From assembly GCA_002269645.1 (NCBI GenBank), contig NIVC01003385.1, positions 1-64,000 on the forward strand: a stretch of DNA of 64,000 nt, given 5' to 3'. A program made the position numbers and the translations under genes. Shown here in pieces: positions 32,150-41,294 of this stretch; position 1 is the stretch's first letter, and the number at the start of each line of letters is the position of its first letter. Source of the stretch: Macrostomum lignano. Taxonomy: Eukaryota. The notes beneath the pieces are model-generated. The model saw nothing but the letters and a program-made list of their open reading frames with translations, did not search any database and had not been told where the DNA came from.

Positions 32150-33483
32150 CTACAGACCAATACCGATGCAATGCTGCAAAGCCAAACGCCACCAGGAGAG
32201 GTGGTGCACCACAGAGGGGCCAACAATAATCCTGTCATGAGGCCCATTCAGTTTGGCGAAAATGTCGATTTGAGGTCGGAGGAAAACTCTCCCGTGCCGA
32301 ACAACTTGCGACGCCCAGTTCAACATGCCAATCAGCTTCTGTAAACACGACTTTGACAGCTTCTTCTTCGAAGAGCAGAGAGATAAAACGTGCAAAAAAC
32401 TTTGGACCTTGTCGACAGGAAGACATCTGACCGCCAGCCACGCTATCGAATAAAATTCCCAGAAAGGTCATCCGCGTTGTGGGTGGAACAACACTTGCTA
32501 CGATTCAGTGAATACCAGCCGCTCCAGCAGATCGATGAGATGATTGTAGAACATCCAGCAGCACTCTCCAGATCTCCACAAAAGACGAAGTCATCCGTGT
32601 AGGTCTCTATGGCATAGAAACCATGTTTCAACATCATAAAACGCACAGTTTGACTCAGCTCATGAGAGTAGAAAAAAGAAGCCGAAGCCCAAAAGAGCGT
32701 ATAGGTACACAGAATCTGCACAGAACAGTGGCCGATCTGTGATTTGCCGTGTGCTTCTTAAAATCCATCACTTTGAATGTGCCGTGTGCTTCTGAAGCTG
32801 TCTTTACACCATCGAGCACGAACCTGACTCGGTCCTTCGGCATCTCGGTCCCAGCCAGCTCTTCCCGTCAAACCACAAAGACAAGGTCGCTTGGCAATTC
32901 CGTTGAACTCGGGCCCCGTTAGGGAAGTTCCTCCGTGGGGGCACATGACGACCCGGCGGAGGACTTCGAGTCCTGTGTCCCCAAGTCGATAAAGTCGCCA
33001 AACGACAGTGACTCGGGACTGACGTGCCTTAACCGCACAGGCCTTGTCAGTCCAACAACAGACTTCCTTGTCTCCTTGTCTCCGCTTCTGCAAGCATTCG
33101 TTGGTGGTGCCTTTCTTGTCATCTTGACTATGACGCGATGAGCTTCTGTCCTGCTCCAAAGCCTGCCGCTCGAGCTCCTTGGCAATGCAACGGTTCAGGC
33201 AATTTGTCAGCTCATGCTTATTGCCATTAGTAGGCCGAGCCAACCCCCAGTAGCCACAACGGTAGCGGCCTAAATAGACACACGGCGTCAACAACGGACC
33301 CACCACTCCACCACACAGCCAAGACCCAAACAGCCCCCCTCCTTGCACTCTCGCGGACTCGCGAAAACCGATGCAATATAAGAGGTAAAAACGCGTTGCA
33401 TGCACAACTAAGTCAGAATCGCCAATAATGTTCGATTTACTGCGAGCTTGAGAGAAATTAGAAAGGAAGGCACCGCAATCCAC
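32150..33483 (-). pseudogene. DIRS-type reverse transcriptase (fragmented)
   Basis: YTDD catalytic motif and flanking DIRS RT motifs spread over several frames. Confidence 0.85.
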
Positions 33484-34040
33484 AGTTTAAAGACGCTGAT
33501 TTGCAATAGAACTGGTGGACAAGGCAGTTTCCTTGCACACATGTATAGGAGTGATTCCCTTAATCATCAAAGAAGGAACAATGGGCCGGGCATGGGTATG
33601 ACTCAAACGCACTGGAGGACGGGGTGCGCTCGCATTGCAAGAGTGCCCGGCACAATAGCAAAAGAACTGCTGGACAAGAAAGTCAAAAAAGGGATATTGC
33701 TGCTAATTGAAGTCTCAAAGCCAACCATACCAAGTGTAGTGACTGGCTGCTAACTGGCTATTCAGCAGCATTCACTAGCTTTCCCTAAGGGCGCTGTGAT
33801 CCGCTGCACAGTAGCTCGGTCCACCTGATCTAGTGAGAGAGATACCCTGTGCTGGGCCTAAGTGTTTACTGCCCGATGACTCATCGCCTGAGCAGGCGTG
33901 GGCAGCCACACTCAATGTCTTCCCACTCGCACTGAGAGGCGTAGCAGGATGACTCATCACCTGCGCGGAGTGTAATGGCTGCCCAGAGGGAGTAAACAGG
34001 ATGACTCATCCGCCCAAGTTCTATTTTTAGCACAGAAAAG

Positions 34041-34236
34041 CACGTGACTGTGCACGCATGCTGTGCGTGGCCACTGACCTTGAGTCACGCCACTGATGCG
34101 TGACAGGATTGCCTTATTTGGAAGTTGGCCTTGAATCACGCGTCGTTCGCATGATTTCAATGCCCAAATAAGGAAGTTTCACGCGCTCACCGCATGAAAC
34201 TCACGTGACTTTTGGGGGTCCGCTCGTCTATAAATA
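34041..34236 (+). promoter_or_regulatory. Dense promoter module: two CArG boxes, ETS cores, AP-1 site, E-boxes, TATA
   Basis: CACGTG 34041 and 34202; TGAGTCA 34081; CAGGA-TTG-CCTTATTTGG 34104-34121; CCAAATAAGG 34164-34173; TATAAATA 34229-34236. Confidence 0.6.
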
Positions 34237-35141
34237 CGGAGCATCTGCGAGCCATTTTTCTCCAGACTGCGACGTCTCGTGGAGCAACACGGAGCCAAAC
34301 TGCGTCGTCTCGCGGAGCATTGTGGCTGACTCGTGAAGCCTCCTCCGAGCTCTCCTCTCTCATTTCAGGTTTTACAGGTTTTCAGGTTCGAGCAGCATTC
34401 TACTACGACGATCGGCAGTCGAGACATTTTCAGATTTTCCTTTGCTCCGAGCGACTTTGTTATTTTTCTTTCAGGTGACGGATAGACAACTCTGCCGACG
34501 CGTCGAGTCCGCACACCAAGGTGGCAGCAACCCTACCAAGTCGAGGCTAACGTTTTAGGATTATTTTCAGGCAAATCGATAGGTAGTACAACGGTGCTAT
34601 CTAGCTTCTTCAGGAGCAGCGGGTTCTATTTCTAGGAACATCTTCAAGAACCTGAGAAGGAGAAGTTCAGTCTCGGATGCATCAGGTAGCCAAAAGATTT
34701 GTTAAAGTTACCCTTCCACAGCGGATACGATCTAATGGACACAGCAAATGCAACTCTTGCCAGCTCATTTTGAGCAGCTCATGCCTGTTAATACCGGATA
34801 CCGAAACCCCGGATGTGGCGTCTTCCTACACAAATGTGGAAATAAAACTGTTCCCCTAAATCGACTTTGCAAAATTAAGAAGAAACTGGAAAAAGAGAGG
34901 AGAGAGGATTGTATCTGCATCGTCAACGGATTTTCACAGACATTGAGACAGTCAGATCGAGGCACCCAACAGTAGAAGAAAGCGACAAGTGACTGCAGGC
35001 GGAATCAAATTCTTGGAGCAAAAATCGAACAACAAAAAGGCAAGAATCAAACTGCCATTAAATCATATAGAAATGATGAGCATTCCTACGAATTCTCGTG
35101 GCCCGAAATTTACGCTTTTTAGGTTCAGAGAGCATCTCCAA

Positions 35142-35855
35142 ATGCTTGCGCTGCTGCTGCTGCTGAGCTGCCAGCTGCTGCAGTCGCAGGCCCTGCTGTG
35201 TCCCGCACCGTTCACCATGCAGGCCGGTCTGTGCCTGTTCGTGAGCACAGCTCACAGTCACAACTGGTACTCAGCCAATCGGTAGTGCGCATCGATCGGA
35301 GGCGAGCTGCTCAACTCGCAGAGCTCCATCCTGGCACTGAATCGCAGCGGCATCAGCTCATCCTGCAGCTGCCAGCTGTGGCTCGGACTGAGCGACCTGG
35401 CCGATGAGAGAGGCGAGAAGAGAGCCGGCTGGCAAAGGGTCAACGGAAACGGCTTCGCCAGTCCTGAAAGTCTGTTTTACACAAGCGAACCATCCGGAGG
35501 TGCTGATGAAAACTGCATTCGGATGAACGAACTCGGATTGCTCAGAGACGTCTATTGCAACCGTAACTATGGATTCGCTTGCGAGTACAAGGACCCCTCT
35601 GCTTACCGGAAGCTCGCCAACTGGAAGAAGGTGTCGTTCAAGAGAGCCACCTACAACACCGAGTACTGCTTCACCGAAGTGCCGCATGTGAGCAGCGCTG
35701 TTGAGTGCGTTGCAGCCGCCATGAGTGACGCCAGCTGCAGACACGTGCTGTACAACAACAAGCTGCGAGCCTGCCGCCTGCTGCTGTTCACCGACGCTCA
35801 GGTGGAGGCGGAGATCGAGACGAGCGCCGACTGGGTCAAGTTCCGCCTGGTCTGA
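35142..35855 (+). pseudogene. C-type lectin + PAN/apple paralog (copy 2) with in-frame TAG at 35283-35285
   Basis: Co-linear with 27637-28353; CAG (Gln) of copy 1 is TAG here and the frame continues to the normal stop; flanking homology about 34900-36050. Confidence 0.85.
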
Positions 35856-36128
35856 TTCGAACGGAATAAAAACGCACTACAGAGTAGATCGTGGTTCAAT
35901 TGTACTCCCTATGTCCCTTTCGTTCGAATAACTAAGATAAAATATCAAGTTTATCAAAAACCAAGAACTAAGAGCTGCTTTTTAAATGAGCAAAATACCC
36001 CACCCACAAGTTTAATAAACAATGGCATCTCAAAAAGCAGATTTATATTTTGTCATCTTTGGTCACACTTTGATTTCATGCGCAGAGTCGTTAACTGAAA
36101 TATCAATGGATTCATCTATTCCACCGAA

Positions 36129-36969
36129 TTTAAACGGGTCCACCCCAACTGCCAGCCGACAACTGCCAGCCGACAATTGCCAGCCGAGAAAACTGCCAGC
36201 CGGAAAACTGCCAGCCGACAGCTGCCAGCCGAGAAAACTGCCAGCCAGAAAACTGCCAGCCGACAACTGCCAGCCGACAAGTTCTAGCTAATTGAATCTA
36301 CTGTAGCCTACTTATTAGCTAAGTAAAAAGCACGAAACTGTTTAGCCAGCAAAAGGCTTGTGGGGTAGCCTTAACTTTCGCCCTTCCCTTCCCTAGTTTT
36401 TTCAGATTTCCATTAGAAGTATATATGTGAAGGAGAAGGCATTCTGTAATGCCTATTGTAAATATTTCTGTATTGAAAGTTAATTTACATTATTATTTAA
36501 TTTGCGATTGCGATTGCTATATGACGCAATCCTAGATAAGTCTATTAAATTACTTTACTTAAATAAAGCTTTCAAAGAAAGAGCAAAGGCTACCTAAAAT
36601 ACGAAATTTGAATGCCTTCTCCTTCAAATATATACTTCTAATGGAAATCTGAAAAAAAACTAGGGAAGGGAAGGGCGACATTTAAGGCTATACCCCACAA
36701 GCCTTTTGCTAGCCAAACAGTTTCGTGCTTTTTACTTAGCTAATAAGTAGGCTACAGTAGATTCAATTAGCTAGAACTTGTCGGCTGGCAGTTGTCGGCT
36801 GGCAGTTTTCTCGGCTGGCAGTTTTCCGGCTGGCAATTGTCGGCTGGCAGTTGTCGGCTGGCAATTGTCGGCTGGCAGTTGTCGGCTGGCAGTTGTCGGC
36901 TGGCAGTTGTCGGCTGGCAGTTGTCGACTGGCAGTTTTCCGGCTGGCAGTTGGGGTGGACCCGTTTAAA
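36129..36969. mobile_element. Foldback-type non-autonomous DNA transposon with long inverted arms containing 12-bp subrepeats (AACTGCCAGCCG)
   Basis: Arms about 36129-36444 and 36610-36969 are reverse complements; termini CGGGTCCACCCC / GGGGTGGACCCG both flanked by TTTAAA. Confidence 0.85.
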
Positions 36970-37709
36970 CGAATCATTCTTGCTCAGTAGACTCTTGCGC
37001 ATTGCATGTACATGTATTGATGGCTCAATCGACCGTGATTCTGTCGCGAGATTTTTATTCAAGAGGGCCAACTCCCAAGGCACAAAGAGTGTACATGTAC
37101 ATGTCTAGTACTACGCGCCTATGTACTACATTCCTGTACGATGCCTGGCAAAACAGCCATGACCCGAGAGGGCCATGGTCACAGCCCTGATGTCCGTGCG
37201 GTTGAGCTGGGACATCAGGGCGGTTGCCGAAAATAAAGAAAGTGGAAGTAAAAACAGACTGAGGCAAGCGACAAGACAAAGTGACAGGTAGGGCGATCGT
37301 AAATCAAAATCGACCTCAGACAGGTTGACTTCTACATGTAAAACGCAACTTGGCATTGAAAATCCGTCAGCATCAACAGACCTGACGCTTCTGCTGAGCC
37401 AGCTGAGCCAAGTGCTGAGAAGCTGAGACACCATTGATAGGAAATGTGACACGTTTGTCGCCAATGCATGAAATTTCAAATAAAAGCGCGATACGAGCGT
37501 ATAGCAGGTTTAATTCTACGAGAGCAGATTAATGTGAGAGCTTCGTTAACCGGCACCCAAAGTCCAGTCCACGCAGTTTTGGAATCGAAGAAAGCGAAGA
37601 TACGAGCGCGGTTATTTTGAATGAAATTTATTGTTTAAAAGCGGGATTTGACAAACTTTTTTTACCTCAAGGGCCAGATAAAGAATCCAGCTCATTGCCG
37701 CTGGCCAGA

Positions 37710-38150
37710 TGAGAGAATAAAAGGGAGAGAATAGAGGAGAGAAAAAGAGGAGAGGAGATGAAAGATGAGAGAAGATAAAACACGAGAGAAGAAAGGAGAG
37801 AAGAGAGGAGATAAGAGGAGGGGAGAGGGGACTGGAGAAAAGGGAAGAGAAGAGAAGGCGAGAGAGAAGAAGGGGAGAGAGGAGAAGGGAAGAGAGGAGA
37901 AGGGGAGAGAGGAGAAGGGGAGAGAGGAGAAGGGGAGAGAGTAGAAGGGGAGAGAGAAGAAAGGGGAGGGAGGAGAAGGGGAGAGAGGAGAAGGGGAGAG
38001 AGGAGAAGGGAAGAGAGGAGAAGGGGAGAGAGGAGAAGGGGAGAGAGGAGAAGGGGAGAGAGGAGAAGGGGAGAGAGGAGAAGGGGAGAGAGGAGAAGGG
38101 TGGAAAAAGAGGGGAGAAGAGATGAAGAGACGAGAAGGGGAGAGAAGAGA
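37710..38150. repeat. Purine-rich repeat (GGGGAGAGAGGAGAA)n
   Basis: Direct 15-bp units. Confidence 0.9.
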
Positions 38151-38396
38151 GAAGGATAATTTAATCCCTTAAGCATTGAGCAATTTTTTAGCCAAGACAC
38201 ATGTACTGTCACGGGAAAAATTCTGATCAATCAGTGCAAGTTTGAAAAAAATCGGTTGAGCCGTTTTCGCTAAAATCGATCACACACACATGCACATACA
38301 TACAGGCAGACCATTTTTAGTGTATAGGAAAATATAAATTTGAATGCTTTTACGCAAAATCACGCGAATCACGTAAATCACGTGTCTGTGCGCCTT

Positions 38397-38852
38397 ATAA
38401 TATATTTATTTATGGGGTTTAGAATCGCAGGTGAAAGTCAGCCAGGTGCAGTCTGCTGTTTCCAAATGAACCATAATATATTTATTTATGGGGTTTAGAA
38501 TCGCAGGTGAGAGTCAGCCAGGTGCAGTCTGCTGTTTCCAAATGAACCATAATATATTTATTTATGGGGTTTAGAATCGCAGGTGAGAGTCAGCCAGGTG
38601 CAGTCTGCTGTTTCCAAATGAACCATGATATATTTATTTATGGGGTTTAGAATCGCAGGTGAGAGTCAGCCAGGTGCAGTCTGCTGTTTCCAAATGAACC
38701 ATAATATATTTATTTATGGGGTTTAGAATCGCAGGTGAGAGTCAGCCAGGTGCAGTCTGCTGTTTCCAAATGAACCATAATATATTTATTTATGGGGTTT
38801 AGAATCGCAGGTAAGAGTCAGCCAGGTGCAGTCTGCTGTTTCCAAATGAACC
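38397..38852. repeat. 76-bp tandem repeat, 6 near-identical copies, directly 3' of the FReD stop codon
   Basis: Units start at about 38397, 38473, 38549, 38625, 38701, 38777. Confidence 0.95.
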
Positions 38853-38875
38853 CGCGGTATCGGCCCCGATTTATC

Positions 38876-40049
38876 TCAGCTGCATTTGAAGGACAGCCGC
38901 GTTTCGTTCAGACAAACCCAACGCCTGCCCAACGCAGAGCAGAAATCCCAGCATTCCACGCGGCCCAACTGAGCTTGGCTGAAAATGGGAGCATTCGGAT
39001 TAAAGTACGCGCAGTTGTTGAACCACCAGCCTCCCTGTCCTCGGCCTCGTGAGCACGTGTACTTCCTGGACCCGTCGTTGTCTACGTCGATGGTGCTGAA
39101 CTGTGATCCGTTGTGATAGCCGGCAATTCCGTGATAGAGATCGCCACCCGGTTCCATAGGCCCCAGCAGTATCAGCCTGTAGTTCTCGTCCGCTCCGCGC
39201 ACCTGAAAGCCTCTGAAGGTGGCGCTCATAAGAGAGCCGTTGAGTCGGACTCCTTCAAAAATGAATTTGCAGCTGCGGTCCTTAGTCATGGCTGACAGCT
39301 GCTCCAGACCTGCGAGTTCGATTGATCAGGAGCGACTGTGTCTGTGGAATGGGGATGTGTGTCCGGTCTGTGGGATGGGAATGTGTCCTGTCTATGGGAT
39401 GGAAATGTGTCCTGTCTATGGGATGGGAATGTGTCCTGTCTATGAGATGGGAATGTGTCCTGTCTATGGGATGGGAATTTGTCCTGTCTATGGGATGGGA
39501 ATTTGTCCTGTCTATGGGATGGGAATGTGTTCTGTCTATGGGATGGGGATGTGTCCTGTCTATGGGATGGGAATTTGTCCTGTCTATGGGATGGGAATTT
39601 GTCCTGTCTATGGGATGGGAATGTGTCCTGTCTATGGGATGGGAATTTGTCCTGTCTATGGGATGGGAATTTGTCCTGTCTATGGGATGGGAATGTGTCC
39701 TGTCTATGGGATGGGGATGTGTCCTGTCTGTGGGATAGAGATGTGTCCTGTCTTTAGTTTAAAACTAAACTTATTCACTTAGTTTGACTCGGAAATATAC
39801 ACAGGCCATGCACTCACCAATCCAGTAATTTCCGCTGGGATCTCCGAATCCATTCACGTAGCTGGTCCAGTTCTGGGCGAACGAGAGGCTGTTGTCCACG
39901 TGTCGCTGGAAGAGCACAGCTCCGAAGTGATTTAGAGGCCTCTTAAAAAAGTTCATCCTCTTGAGCTCTACGGCAGAGGTCCTTACAGCGTACGTATCAG
40001 TAGGCAACAAGAGGACAAGAAGAAGAAGCTGCGCAATGCAGAGTTGCAT
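38876..40049 (-). CDS. Secreted fibrinogen-related domain (FReD/ficolin-like) protein; exons 40049-39818 and 39309-38876
   Basis: Signal peptide; VLFQRHVDNSLSFAQNWTSYVNGFGDPSGNYWIG/LEQLSAMT..FSTIDVDND..GGWWFNNC are FReD motifs; GTGAGT donor and CAG acceptor in phase. Confidence 0.92.
39340..39752. repeat. 24-bp tandem repeat (GGGATGGGAATGTGTCCTGTCTAT)n in FReD intron
   Basis: About 17 copies. Confidence 0.95.
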
Positions 40050-40558
40050 AATTACTGGGGCTGTTGAAGTTTTAATGCTTATGGAAGCAATTATCTTTTT
40101 TCGAAGTATTATAGGCCTTAAGCTTTGCAGTGTACTACATGTAGACTGCAGATTGTTAAATTAATTTTTAAAGTCATTTTTTATACTTATAACATTTAAA
40201 TTATGTCGGCACGCTTTAAGCAGGAGAACTTCGATACATAAGCAGCTACGTACAGAGTACACTCGCATAAATTGCTTTCTTGGAGCTCCAAACAGAATTT
40301 TTTATTGCCGTATAAATTTAGCTATTTGGCATCAGAACGCAAAACGTATATTCGCTACATGTCTGATTATTTCGAAAATGTAGAATGCAGTGTATGTAGA
40401 AAAATAGAAATAAAAATCAATCACATGCGTTCGTCAATTTAAACAGTAAGAACCAAGCGTTACAAGCTTATATTGCAAATTATTTGAAAGGTGGCCGCTT
40501 GTTTGCGTTGCCGAACGATTGTCGTATAAGCTTCAAATGATCAAAACTCTGAATCTGT

Positions 40559-41294
40559 TGTGACGTTGTCAGTTGAGGTGGCCCCGACAAGGGCCGTTTT
40601 AGCGAAAGCAGTGCCATTCTATAATATTGTTAATTTGATGGTCTCGTACTCTAACGTCTGCTTGTAGTAACGCCCAAGGAATTTTAAACAACATTGCGTG
40701 ACGTTCGTAAAGCCTATGTACAATGCGATCGATAATTTCTGTTTTCAAGTTGGTTTTCGCGCCGGCCAATAGGAAAGCCGCGCATATATTGTATTATGCT
40801 AGCCTAAGATTAAGCTTTTCTCGCGCACCCACCCCCAGCCCGCTCGTTATCAGTGCTGTCTGGCTGGGGCGCCCGGGGTTAGAGGTTTTCCGGCCCGCGC
40901 TCTCTCTCCCCCTCGCTCCGCCACAGTTCTAAGCCACGCCTCTGCCAAGTCTCAGTCGCGCCACCGCCACCGCCAATTCTCGATCACGCCACCGCTACCG
41001 TTTGTACGGGGTTCTTGCTACGAGTAACGCCAGCATACGACTTGCCATCACATCATCGCCACACTGCCTCAGGCTCATCAACTCGCTCTATCGTCTTATC
41101 TTATTGTTGCGCAGCCGCCCAGTGCATTCCTTACGGATTCAGCAAAATACTCAGGCCCATCTCTATTAACTAACCAGACGGATTGATAACTAATGAGCCC
41201 TAACTACCCACTCACACAGGTACAATAAATGAGAACTGCGGCCATCGCCCGCATCATTCGTCACTGATCCCGAGTCTGCCATTTAATCGTCACA
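40559..41294 (+). mobile_element. Solo LTR (736 bp), probably Ty3/Gypsy-type
   Basis: TGTGACG ... CGTCACA inverted termini, 4-bp TSD CTGT on both sides, AATAAA at 41224. Confidence 0.85.

Larger units (their letters stand above)
30800..33760 (-). mobile_element. Decayed DIRS/Ngaro-type tyrosine-recombinase retrotransposon
   Basis: In order on minus strand: degenerate gag Cys/His finger (about 33630-33720), RT N-terminus (FYLLYCIGFR..IAKELE), RT core (IETYTDDF; TFLGILFDS; LQKLIGMLNWASQVVRHGRVFLR..LSWW), RNase H (TDSSSSG..DWCFIVW..INFKEAVVLRW), YR (IAWWGVFRRSSL..SKTDQF..LCPVAVL); many stops/frameshifts; terminal repeats not resolved. Confidence 0.85.

Noticed and set aside
38397-38852. Possible CRISPR-like array
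   Set aside because: Head-to-tail near-identical 76-bp units with no unique spacers, eukaryotic context, no cas genes. The same applies to the other arrays.
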